A DNA stretch of 64,000 bases from Malacoraja senta (lineage: Eukaryota). A program made the position numbers and the translations under genes. Under the pieces are notes generated by a model. The model made no database searches, was not told where the DNA came from, and saw only the letters and a program-made list of their open reading frames with translations. The DNA lies in NCBI GenBank assembly GCA_038087875.1, contig CM075992.1, positions 8,434,001 through 8,498,000 on the forward strand, in the 5' to 3' direction. This document shows positions 11,092 to 22,823 of this stretch, one piece after another (within the stretch, counting starts at the first letter, position 1; each line of letters begins with the position of its first letter).

Positions 11092-11790
11092 AAACAGAAA
11101 CCTCTTTAGGAACCCAGTCTGAGTGGTGACAGGTGGGTCACATGGGCAGAAGCTTCCTGGAGCTTCTTCAGAGGTCCAGACTTAATGGCGACAGCTTGGT
11201 CACATGGGTCTCCAGCACCTTGCAATGTATTGCCACTGTCAGTGAAGCCCAGTCCGTCACAGACACCTGCCATGTCCCAAAGTAGTCAATTCCCTGCATA
11301 TCCACAGGCTAGCAGAGCCCAGTGGGCCAAGTGGCTGGTTCTCTCTGTAGATACATGATGTCTCGGCAAGGCCAGCAGCATCATCAACGACTGCTCTCTA
11401 GTTAGTGATAGGATGGTTCAGTTGCCTGATCACAGCCGGGAAGAAACTGTCCCTGAATCTGGAGGTGGGCGTTTTCACACTTCTGTACCTCTTGCCCGAT
11501 GGGAGAGGGGAGAAGAGGGGAGTGGCCAGGGTGAGACTGGTCCTTGATTATGCTGCTGGCCTTGCCGAGGTGTAGATGGAGTCAAGGAAGGGAGGTTGGT
11601 TTGTGTGACGGTCTGGGCTGCGTCCACAACATTGTGTGGTGTTGGCTGGAGCTGTTCCCAAACCGTGCAGTGGTGCATCCCGATAAAATGCTTTCTGTTG
11701 TGCATCTGTAGAAGGTGTCTGCATCAGACGCAGGGAGACCCGGCCTGCTGGAGAAGGGCCCACTAACAGTCCGTCTCCTTCCCTTTGCAG

Positions 11791-11856
11791 CTGCTGGCTG
11801 TCCTTGGACAGGCATTTCCTGTGGAGCTTCTGGGCCCGGTCTGCACCATAATACTG
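11791..11856 (+). CDS. Gene 1 ECL2/TM5 exon with a -1 frameshift near 11830 (HCWLSLDRHFLWSF / LGPVCTIIL)
   Basis: Acceptor ccctttgcag, donor CTG|GTGAG. It is 66 nt but needs 67 nt for phase 2 to 0; adding one C gives the conserved WSFLGP. Confidence 0.88.
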
Positions 11857-11876
11857 GTGAGGGGCAGGCAGGGAGG

Positions 11877-12070
11877 TGGGTGGTGGTGGGGAGAGAGGGG
11901 CCGCACAGGGTTGTTGGTGGGTGCCGGGCAGTGGTGGTGGGGAGAGAGGGGCCGCACAGGGTTGTTGGTGGGTGCGGGCAGTGGTGGTGGGGAGAGAGGG
12001 GCCGCACAGGGTTGTTGGTGGGTGCCGGGCAGTGGTGGTGGGGAGAGAGGGGCCGCACAGGGTTGTTGGG
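11877..12070. repeat. G-rich 51-bp minisatellite (~4 units)
   Basis: GCCGCACAGG recurs at 11900, 11951, 12001 and 12052. Confidence 0.95.
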
Positions 12071-12632
12071 AACCACACGCTCAAGATGGGTGGAATTGGG
12101 GAAAGGATTCACCTTGGGGGTGTGGGTGGAAGGGTCTGGGGTACGTTACTGGGGGAAAGGCCTGGAGACAGGGTCTGGATTGGGGGGCGGGGGATGGGGT
12201 CATGGTGATGAGTTCTGGGAGAGGGGGGGTTAACGTGATGGGCAGTGGTCATGTGATGGGGTGATCGTGCGACACGTCTGACCATGTGATTGGGTGATCA
12301 TGTGACATGAGAGGGATCACGTGACACGGGCGGTCTCGTGACTGGCCTGGGAGAGATCACATGATGGGGCGTGATCATGTGATGGGCAGTGATCACATGA
12401 CTGATGATCACACGATGGGAGAAGGGGTCATGTGATGGGAAGTGACCACGTGGGGAGTAGTCGGCATGAGCGAGTAGGGCTGAAGGGCCTGTTTCCACAC
12501 TGTATCACTCTATGACTCGAAGCTGGAGTAACTCAGAGGGACAGGCAGCATCTCTGGTGAGAGTGGATGGGGGACAGTGGGGTTGGGAACCTTGTTGAAG
12601 GGCTGATTGAAACTGGCTCTCTCCACTTTCAG

Positions 12633-12724
12633 ATCAACATCGTGTTCTACTTCATCACGCTGGTTAAGCTGGCAAAGAGGATGTCCACTCTGAAGAAGGA
12701 CAAGACCCCACTGAAGAAGATCAG
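12633..12724 (+). CDS. Gene 1 TM5-ICL3 exon (INIVFYFITLVKLAKRMSTLKKDKTPLKKIR)
   Basis: Acceptor ctccactttcag, donor AG|GTAATG; 92 nt, phase 0 to 2. Confidence 0.92.
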
Positions 12725-14340
12725 GTAATGGAGGCTGCCAGAGAATGCTGCATTCCCCTCTTGTGGCCCCAGAGGCCCTTTGGCCCATCAAGTGCACAGC
12801 ATCTCTCTACCAGAACATCTTGCTAGTATCGGCCTTTACTTTAGACTTTCGCCTTTGGTGATATTATCGATACAGCATGGAAACAAGCTCTTTGTCCCAC
12901 GGAGTCCGTGCCGACCAGCAATCACCCCTCAAACTAGCACTATCCTACACACTTGGGACAATTTACAATTATTACTGAAGCCAATCAACATACAAACTAT
13001 GGAATGTGGGAAGAAACAGGAGCGCCAGGGGAAAACCCACGCAGGTCACGGGGAGAATGTACAAACTCTGCACCCATAGTCGGGATCGAACCGGGTCTTT
13101 GATGCTGTAAGGCAGCAACTCTACCGCTGCGCCACCGTGCCCGGCCCTTACACTATGTTCTTTTATATTATTCCTCAACATATATCCATCTGATTCCCTT
13201 CTGAAAGCCACAGTGAACCTGCCCCACTGCATTAGTAGTTTAGTTCAGATTAGATTTAGTTTAGAGATACGGCACGGAAACTGGCCTTTCGGCCCATCGA
13301 GTCCGCGCCGACCAGCGATCCCCGCAAACTAACACTATCCTACACATACAAGGGACAACTTACATTTATACCAAGCCAATTAACCTACAAACCTGTACGT
13401 CTTTGGAGTGTGGGAGGAAACCGAAGATCTCGGAGAAAACCCACGCAGGTCACGGGGAGAACGTGCAAATTCGGTGCCACCGTGCCGCCCTAAGGAGTAG
13501 CAGTAAGCAGTAGGTTGCAGATTCCACTCACAAATGGCTTAAAATTAAAATTCATCCTTGTTAGACGCAAAATGCTGGAGTAACTCAGCGGGTCAGGCAG
13601 CATCTCTGGAGAGAAGGAATGGGTGACGTCTCGGGTTGAGACCCTTTGTCGGCACTGTCCTTCAACAATCCCAGAAATCTGGGCCTGTACTCGCTGGAGT
13701 TTAGATGAATGAGCGTGGACCTCACTGAAACGTACCGAATAGTGAAATGCTTGGATAGAGTGGATGTGGAGAGGATGTTTCCACCAGTGGGAGAGTCAAG
13801 GACTACAGGTCACAGCCTCAGAATTAAAGGACGTGCTTTTAGGAAGGAGATGAGGAGAAATTTCTTCAGTCAGCGGGTGGTGAATCTGTGGAATTCTTTG
13901 CCACAGAAGGCTGTGGAGGCCAAGTCAGTGGATATGTTTAATGGCAGAGATGGTGCCCAAAATTGCTCACATAGATACATAGAAAATAGGTGCAGGAGTA
14001 GGCCATTCGGCCCTTCGAGCCTGCACCGCCAATATTCAAAATGTGGTCTTACCAGCGCCTTATAGAGCCTCAGCATTACAACCCTGTTTTTATATACAAG
14101 GCAGAGATAGATTGATTCTTGATTAGTACGGGTGTCAGGAATTATGGGGAGAAGGCAGGAGAATGGGGTTAGGAGGGAGAGATAGATCAGCTGATGATTG
14201 AATGGCGGAGTAGACTTGATGGGCCGAATGGCCTAATTCTACACCTATCCCTATGACCTTATGAGCTTATAACCCTAATCAGCTCTATCTGTCATCTTTC
14301 TGTTGTTCATAACCTCCTGCCTTTCCCGCTGCATCTCCAG

Positions 14341-14509
14341 ATCCTTCACGCTGGCGGCAATTGCTCAACTGTTCCTCCTGGGATGCACATGGATATTTGG
14401 GATTTTCCATTTCCGGGAAGAAACCATCGCCATGGCTTATATATTCACTGTCATCAACAGCTTCCAGGGAATGTTCATCTTTATCCTCCACTGCCTCCTT
14501 AATAAACAG
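14341..14509 (+). CDS. Gene 1 TM6-TM7 exon (SFTLAAIAQLFLLGCTWIFG...AYIFTVINSFQGMFIFILHCLLNKQ)
   Basis: Acceptor catctccag, donor CAG|GTACG; 169 nt, phase 2 to 0. Confidence 0.95.
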
Positions 14510-16247
14510 GTACGATCGCACCGCACTTCACTGTAACACGGGTACACTGCTCACCTCCTTCGGCCCACCGAGTCCACGCCGACCATCGATCACCCGTTCT
14601 ATGTTATCCCACTTTCTCATCCACTCCCGACACACTAGGGAGCAATTTACAGAGGGACAGTTAACCTACAAACCCGCACGTCTTTAGATTGTGGGAGGAA
14701 ACCGGAGCACCCGGAGAAAACCCACGCGGTCACAGGGAGAACGAACAAACATTATTATCTTACACCAAACATTGTTCCCTTTATTCAGTATCTGTACACC
14801 ATGGACAGCTTGATTTTACTTCGGAGTCACGTGAGTGACTACGTGAAGAACCCGCTCAGTGCGCAGGCGCGGCATTACGCCAGCAGTGCAACAGCGGCGG
14901 CAGCTGGAGGAAGGCGCTCCGGCTGTATTTTTTTTTTTAAACGGACCGTTGGGTGAGTATATTCAACTAGTCTAACGGAGAAAGAGAGTGTGGGTGTTCT
15001 TAGCAAATAAGTACACTCAAGAGAAGACTCTCCAACAGAACTGCCCCCAGCTCAACTCCACCAGAGGAGCGTTTAATCTCAGGGGAGCAGCAACAGGCGG
15101 CAGGACCGCTCATAGAGCGCTCCGCTATCCCCGAGACCGAGCCGAGCCCAGTCCCGCTAATGCCTGCACAGTGGACAGGGAGGAAAGCCATGAGAGCAAC
15201 CGGCCGGTAATGTCTGATTCGTCGGATGGGGACATGTCTCCACCTACACGGAGGAGAGACAGCCGCCAGAGCTTACAACAGCTCTTGGAGCAGATGCTCC
15301 AGCGAGCTACGCAGAAGGAGCGTTCTCGCGGAGGTAGGTCAGGCACCTCCTCCACAGTGTCTTGTGCACTGCCCTCTGCTCCCTCATTACTGGAGGCTAG
15401 CATTTGTGACCAGGGTTGGGCTGGTCTGGAACAGGGGCTGGCGGAAGAATTCGGCAGTATGCAAGGGGTGCAGGAGCAGGAAGAGTTGCTGGGTGTCGTG
15501 GACCGCTATGTAGCAACCCCACGTGCTGGAAGACCGCTGGAACCAAAAATGGCGGCCAGCATCAATCATCTGTCAAATAAGCCCTTGCAGGAGAAGGTAC
15601 TTCTTGAGGCGCTTGAATTTTACACAGCACCAGAGAACTGTGAGGCCTCAGAGTGAAGACTGTGAACAGCCAGATCTGGGGTCACGTGGGGTCAAACATG
15701 CGTAACCATGAAATCAAGCTACAGCGGATCCTAAGGCTCCTGACGTCGGCCATTACAGCCTTTGCTCGTTCTGTGCAAAGTACGGAGATGGATACGTGCC
15801 AGCAGGATGTGCTGGCACTGATGTGCAACACACAATTGAGATACACAATCTCCGGCGGGGAAACATAAGACCTGCCCTCAATCCCAAATTTGCTGGGTTG
15901 TGCAGAGCCCCAGCTGCAGAGACGGACGTTCTGTTATTTGGGAAAGACCTCAACAAAAAACTGAGGGACATGGAGGAAGCAGCGACATCTTTCGGCCTCA
16001 TGAGGGCAGGCCCTGGGACGAGCAAACCAAGAGCTACAATACCCAAGCGGCAGCACCCCATGGCATCCACCAGTCGACGTCCTCAATATGGGACTGGTGA
16101 AAGCTCGGGGACCGCATTTTATCCCCAAAGATCTTTTTTAGATCAGGGCCCACAGCGGACCCCATGGAAAATGCGCCACCCCCCAACATCGCCAGCACGT
16201 CAGACAAGCAAAACCTACAAAAACATCAGGAAACAAAAGAAACACCA

Positions 16248-18111
16248 ATGAACATGGAGGTAGGTGGGTCTGGTTCCTGCCAGCATATAGAGAATAAGGG
16301 TGCTTTACTAACAGAGGGGAGATTACACTGGTTTAAAGAAGCATGGGTTACTGTCACGTGTGACAAGTATATACTCAACAGCATTAGTGGAGAGGTCATC
16401 CAAAAGACCAAACATGAACCTTTGGAATTTGTATCAAATAAAACCAAAAAAGATGGTGGATGTCGCATCATCATTGACTTAACATCACTAAATAAGTTTG
16501 TTGAGTATATACATTTCAAAATGGAGACATTTGTTACTGCCAAACAACTGATTTCCAAAGGATACTTCATGGCAAGCATTGATCTTAAAGATGCTTACTA
16601 TCTAATACCCATACACAAGGATCATTGCAGATACCTACAATTTATCTGGTTGGGGCAGCTGAGGCAGTACAAAGCATTGCCCAATGGGCTAACTTCAGCC
16701 CCAAGATTATTCATCAAAATATTGAAAATTTCCAAGACTAAGAAACAAACACATATTGTCATGGCATACCTGGATGATATTCAGATACTAGGGAAAACGA
16801 TGGAATTGGCTGTGGCAGCAGTATCAGCTACAAAACAGCTCCTCGAAACTCTGGGGTTCGTCCTACATCCAGATAAATCTAAGTTGAAGCCATCCACTAT
16901 TATGGACTACCTGGGCTTCACAATTAACTCAGTCCATATGACTGTTACCTTGCCAAAAGGAAAATAAAAATATAAATAAATAAATAAATAAATAAATAAA
17001 GATAGATTAAAAAAATATTTTAAAAAAATGGTTGCATTAGCACAATCATGCAACTATTTAATGGTCAACAAACGACCAACTATTCGACAAGTCCCAAGAG
17101 TAATTGGGAAAATGGTAGCAGCATTTCCAGCTACACAATGCGGACCTTTGCACTATCAAAATTTACAAACAGCAAAGGTACAGGCACTAAAACGACATAC
17201 AGGTCACGATGTTCGTGTCATGTAATTACCCACTGAAGCAATATCAGCTACAGTGGTGGGCAGAAAATGTTTGGCATAGTTTCAGCTCTATCATCATCAC
17301 TAACCTTACTTTAGTTCTTCAAACAGATGCCAGTGCTCAAGGCTGGGGAGCAACTAACTCCATATCCAGCACAGGTGGTAGATGGACTAACCTAGAGTCA
17401 TCATTACTACTGACACTGGGCATTAACTATCTAGAGATGTTGGGCGCCTTTTATGGGTTAAAAGCATATGTATCTAATATGCAGCACTTGCATGTTCGGT
17501 TACAGATTGATAATACTATGGTGGTGGCTTATATTAACCATATGGGCGGCATAAAATCATTATCATGCGACAAATTGGTCAACGTGATTTGGCTATGGCG
17601 TGTCGAAAGACATATTTGGCTATCAGCTACTTATCTACCAGGTAAGCTAAACACAGTGGCAGACACCAGGTCACGCAAATTCAATGATAACATCGAATGG
17701 ATGTTAAACCCTAAAGTATTTGCTAAAGTTATTAAGCAGTATGGAACGCCAGATATCGATGTATTTGCATCAAGACGAAATCACCAGTTACCTATATATG
17801 TCGCTTGGGAACCAGACCCAAAGGCAGCAGCGATACATGCCATCACGCTGGATTGGGGAAATGTCTTCTTCTATGCTTTCCCTCCCTTCTGCCTCATCAG
17901 TCGGGTACTTCGCAAAATACAGATGGACTCTGCTTCTGGAATTTTGATGGTGCCCGACTGGCCTACACAGCCATGGTTCCCGGTTCTACATGACATGGTG
18001 GTTGAGTCACCAATGGTCTTTCCCAGTGATCCAGGATTATTAACTCACCCAGTATCAGGCATAAGCCACCCATGCCATGAGAAAATTAAACTCCTGGGTT
18101 GCAGGTTTTGA
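16248..18111 (+). pseudogene. DIRS RT-RNase H-MT coding region (frameshifted; AT-rich insertion at ~16961-17027)
   Basis: Motifs spread over ORF-track entries 16164-16967, 17028-17225 and 17209-18111. Confidence 0.88.
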
Positions 18112-19080
18112 ATAGACCTTACCTGGAACAGGGATTGTCCGAACGAACCATCACCACCATGTCGGCATCCCTTTGAACATCCACCAAGAGGCAGTACTGA
18201 ATCAGCATAAGAAAATGGGAGAAGCACTGCCAGGAAACAGGGACAACGTATGCAACAGCCACAGCCACCAACGTACTGGAATTCCTGGCCCATCTACACC
18301 ATGATGAAGGGATCAGTTACAGTGCCATCAACACAGCGCGAAGTGCTCTTTCTGCTTATCTCAAACCAGCAGGACAACAGGCAATGGGATCCCATCCACT
18401 GGTGGTAAAACTGATGAAGGGCATTTATGATATCAAGCCCCTAAACCCAGGTATACCCATATTTGGGATATCAGTGTGGTCCTGACATACCTCAGGGAAT
18501 GGCCACCAGCCAGATCCCTCAGCCTCGAGCAATCTACACTAAAGACGCTCATGTTGATGGCACTCGTATCCGCTCAGAGGGTCCAGTCACTACACAAGTT
18601 AAGGCTGGACAACATGGTGACCACCCCAGATCAGATCACATTCATCATACAGGGTCTGGTGAAGCAAAGCAGGCCAGGAACAGCTAATCCACTGGTGGTA
18701 TTCCGGGCCTACCCACAAGAGCCACGGTTGTGTGTCGTGACCCATCTACAACATTACATGGACACAACCCACAATATCAGAGGGAGTGAAAAAGCCTTAT
18801 GGGTCAGCCACAAGTAACCTCATGGCCGGGTAACGAGCCAAACCATTTCAAGATGGCTCAAACAGGTACTGAAGGCTGCCGGAATGGATACTAATACATT
18901 TAAATCTCATTCCACTAGGGCAGCATCTACATCAACGGCCGACAGAATGGACGTACCGGTTGACCATATTCTGAATACAGCAGGATAGTCGAGGGAAACG
19001 ACATTCAGAACTTTTATAATAAGCCGTTGATGAAACCTGATTTATTTGCAGAGAAAATATTACAAGCTGCAAATATTTAA
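18112..19080 (+). pseudogene. DIRS tyrosine recombinase (stops and frameshifts)
   Basis: KTLMLMALVSAQRVQSLHKL and LCVVTHLQHY; HSTR at 18908-18919; AG*SRETTFR, with a TAG where W is expected. Confidence 0.85.
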
Positions 19081-19886
19081 TTTAAGCCCGGGGGAGCACT
19101 TTAATTTTGTTATTGTTAAAAAATACCTTTTTTGTTTCTTGAGAAGCAGATTCATTGGTTGATTACGATAACACTTCCTCCCTCAAGAACTTTCGGCAGT
19201 GAGTGAAATAAAACTGTTACACGGTTTGAAATCACAGAACTTTGAAATCTTCACGTAGTCACTCACGTGACTCCGAAGTAAAATAGTAAGATTAAACGAG
19301 AACTTACCAGTTTGAAGTTTGATCTGTATTTTATGAGGAGTTACGATGAGGGATTACGTGCCCTCCGCTCCCACCCTCATTATATGGATCAAACTAATAA
19401 ATTGATGTCTCCTTTTCTTTACTATGTTTACTTCAAATACTTGTGTCTATCTGTGATTCCACACCGCTGCTTGGAAGTATGCCGCGCCTGCGCACTGAGC
19501 GGGTTCTTCACGTAATCCCTCATCGTAACTCCTCATAAAATACAGATCAAACTTCAAACTGGTAAGTTCTCGTTTAATCTTACTATTATAATCATGTCTA
19601 GTCTGACTAGATAGATAAATTATAGATTATAGACAGTAGATTACAGGCTGATTGAGTAGCATGCACCAAAAAAGCTTTTCACTCTACCTCAGTACACGTG
19701 ACATTAATAAACCAAACTAAATTCCACATAGACAGCACCTGAGGTCAGGATCGAACCTGTGTCTCTGGTGCTGTGAGGCAGCGGCACTACCCACTGCGTT
19801 ACTGAGCCGACTGCACCATCTCAGTATGCCCTGCTCTTGGAAGAGTGCATTGTTTCAGGAACTTTCCCACATGATTCCCACAATAC

Positions 19887-20220
19887 GGGCGGCACGGTGG
19901 TGCAGCGGTAGAGTTGCTGCCTCACAGCGCAAGAGACCCGGTTTCGATCCCGACTACAGGTGCTGTCTGTACGGAGTTTGCACGCTCTCCCCGTGACCCG
20001 CGTGGGTTTTCTCTGAGATCTTCGGTTTCCTCCTGCACTCCAAAGACGTGCAGGTTTGTACGTTAATTAGGTAGTTTGTAAGTTAATTGGCTTGCTGTAA
20101 AGCTAAAACATTGTCCCTAGTGTGTGTTAGATAGTGTTAGTGTGCGGGGATCGCTGGTCAGCATGGACTCGGTGGGCCGAAGGGCCTGTTTCTGTGCTGT
20201 ATCTCTAAACTAAACTAAAT
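19887..20220 (+). mobile_element. HE1-like tRNA-derived SINE, full-length example (dozens of full or partial copies on both strands, e.g. 2800-3110, 9181-9457, 13235-13490, 53249-53538, 62558-62855)
   Basis: A-box-like TGGTGCAGCGG, B-box-like GTTTCGATCC, conserved core, LINE-like tail GGGCCGAAGGGCCTGTTTC...(CTAAA)n. Confidence 0.88.
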
Positions 20221-20298
20221 GGAAACAAGAGGAAGAAAGGAGAATGCAAATTCTGACCTTTATTCTGCTTTGCGTTATTTTGCATTTTATATTTTTAG

Positions 20299-20427
20299 GT
20301 GCGTGAGGAATATTGGACATTTTTCACCGGAATCCTTGGCTTAAAGGGCCCTCAGTACACTGAGTTTCCTGTCAGCACCTCTGTACCTTTGTGCAGCTTA
20401 CAGCAGAGGCACCCCTCCATCAAACAG
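20299..20427 (+). CDS. Gene 1 helix 8/C-tail exon (VREEYWTFFTGILGLKGPQYTEFPVSTSVPLCSLQQRHPSIKQ)
   Basis: Long T-rich acceptor; VREEY follows NKQ as in ADGRE receptors; donor CAG|GTTGGT; 129 nt. Confidence 0.85.
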
Positions 20428-21789
20428 GTTGGTTTCCTCGCAAGAAATGACGGCCACAGATTACAGAGATGAATGAATGAATGTATGAATGAATCTTTAC
20501 TGCAGAATCAGACAGACACAAAATGCTGGTGTAACTCAGCGGGACAGGCAGCATCTCTGGAGAGAAGGAATGTACAAGTGTCAGGGGTTAATGGCAGAAG
20601 GCAGGAGAATGGGGTTAGGAGGGAGAGATGGATCAGCCATGATTGAATGGCGGATTGATGGGCCGAATGGCCTAATTCTACTCCTATCACTTGACCTAAT
20701 TCTACTCCTATCATTTATGATCTTCTGAATGCGTGATGTTTCGGCTCGAGATCCTTCTTAAGCCAAGTCACAGAGATATTCTTTGTTTTGCAATACCAAA
20801 GGTATGCAAAGAGATGCTACATAAAGAGCGACGACAAGTTTACAAAGTATTCCGCGCCAGGTGCTCCATTGTTCTCCCCCTCCCGACGGTTCCCCCATGC
20901 CGGGACCTCCTTTCTTCTCGCGTTGCGTCCGTCCTCTGGCACCCACGTGGCCCGTCCTCGACCACCGGCGCCCTCATTGACCGCCGCACCGACCACGGTT
21001 ATAGAGTCACACAGCGCGGAAACAGGCCCTTCGGCCCACCGAGCCCACACCGACCAGCGATCACCACTATCCTACACACACACAGGGACAATTTACATTT
21101 ATACCAAGCCAATTAACTTTCAAACCTGTATGTTTCTGGAGTGTGGGGGGAAACCGGAGCACCCGGAGAAAACCCACGCAGGTCACAGGAAGAACATACA
21201 AACTCCGTACAGACAGCACCCGTAGTCAGGATCAAACCCGGGTCTCTGGCGCTGTGAGGCAGCAACTCTACCGCTGCGCCATAGTGCCATCTTTAAATTA
21301 TATTATTACCCTTAAGTTATATTATTGCCTGACAAAGGTGATAAATTACCATGGCGACATTTTGAAGGGGAATTCCTTCACTGTTGTAACCTGTAATGTG
21401 CGTGGAATCTTACTGTGTGTGAGCTTAGAAACTATAGAAACAGGCCCTTCGGCCCAACTTACCCATGTCGACCAACATATCCCATCTACACTCCTCCCTC
21501 CTGCCTGCATTTAGCCCATATCCCTATAGAAAATATTTCCTATCCTGTCCTATATTAAAAGTTTAGTTTAGTTTTGAGATACAGCGTGGAAACAGGCCCT
21601 TCGGCCCATCGAGTCCGCGGCGACCATCGATCACACCTGTTCGCACCAGTTCTATCTAATGCCATTTTCTCATCCAGTCCCTACACACTGGCAGGCAATT
21701 TACACAGGGCCATTTCAACTAGAAGCCTGTACGTCTTTGTAGTGTGGGAGGAAACCGGAGCACCCGGAGAAAACCAGGTGATCACAGGG

Positions 21790-22285
21790 TGGGGTTGCCA
21801 ACTGTCCCGTATTAGCCGGGACATCCCGTATATTGGGCTAAATTGGTTTGTCCCGTATTTGACTGCTACTACTCGGGTCGAGGGGACTGTCGGGTCGGAG
21901 CGCCGCGTCCTGCCCCACCTCACCCGTCCTGACATAGTGCAGCCCGTGGAGTGCAGCAGCAGCAGCAGCACCTCGCCCGTGGCCCCGTCGGTCGGCAGCC
22001 CGGCCAGCTGTCCGACCTTCGGACCTTCGCTTACCGCCGACACCACCACCCCTCCTTCTCATGGCTGATCATCAGTTCATGAGTTGGACGGGGTGCTGGA
22101 CTTTCCACACGACATTGCCCGGGCCAAACCTCCTCAGCTGGCCCGCCGCTGGGCTTTGTGTGCAGTTGGGCCAACTCATCATTCACCCAGCCACGGTCAA
22201 GTCGGTCAACGAATTGCCGTCGGGAATTTGTCCCTTATTTTGACCTTTTGTCCCTAATTTTGGAGTGAGAAAGTTGGCGACCGTA
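21790..22285 (+). mobile_element. hAT-type MITE, copy 1 (inside an HE1-like SINE)
   Basis: TAGGGTTGCCAAC-type TIRs; perfect 8-bp TSD TCACAGGG. Confidence 0.88.
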
Positions 22286-22786
22286 TCACAGGGAGAACGT
22301 GCAAACTCCACGCAGACAGCACCCGAGGTCAGGATGGAACCGAGGTATCTGGGGCTATAAGGCTCTACCAGCTGAGACACTGTGCAGCCCTAGAGTGAGG
22401 ATTGCATCAGCACCATGTGCTTCTCTGGTGTGACAGTGACACACACTGGGCAATGTGAGCTAGTCCGAGCGGTTTCACCTACTGCTGGGAGAGGCTGTGC
22501 TATTTAGGAGACTCTGAAGTCTGAAGAAGCCGAAACGTCACCCATTCCTTCTCTCCAGAGATGCTGCCTGTCCCGCTGAGCTACTCCGGCACTTTGTGTC
22601 CAGCTGTCACGAGACTCCCTCCCTGGTGAGGGATCACTGTGTCAGAGACCTACACATGTCTCCCACAGCCAACGGCACCAGAGTCAAGCATTTTATTGTC
22701 ATGTGTCCCAGACACAACAATGACATTCTGACTTGCAGCAGCACAACACAATATGGAAACAATATAATAAACGAGAAAAAATTGTT

Positions 22787-22823
<37 letters not shown>

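Larger units (their letters stand above)
14813..19587 (+). mobile_element. DIRS1-like tyrosine-recombinase retrotransposon with both termini, coding regions decayed
   Basis: Broken gag-like ORFs (~14988-16251); RT (IDLKDAY, LPNGL, YLDD); RNase H (TDASAQGWG, QIDN, NTVAD); methyltransferase-like domain (IDVFAS, YAFPPF, VPDWPTQPWF); YR (SAQRV, HSTRAAS). Inverted repeats 14840-14875/19479-19514; internal complementary region 19248-19360; ATT at both junctions. Confidence 0.95.

Noticed and set aside
17700..18111. Bacterial or phage adenine methyltransferase (contamination or HGT)
   Set aside because: The MT-like domain is a normal part of DIRS1-type elements and is fused here to RNase H inside the element.
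19887..19965. tRNA genes
   Set aside because: The A/B-box heads continue into a SINE core and tail in dozens of copies; they are SINE heads, not tRNAs.
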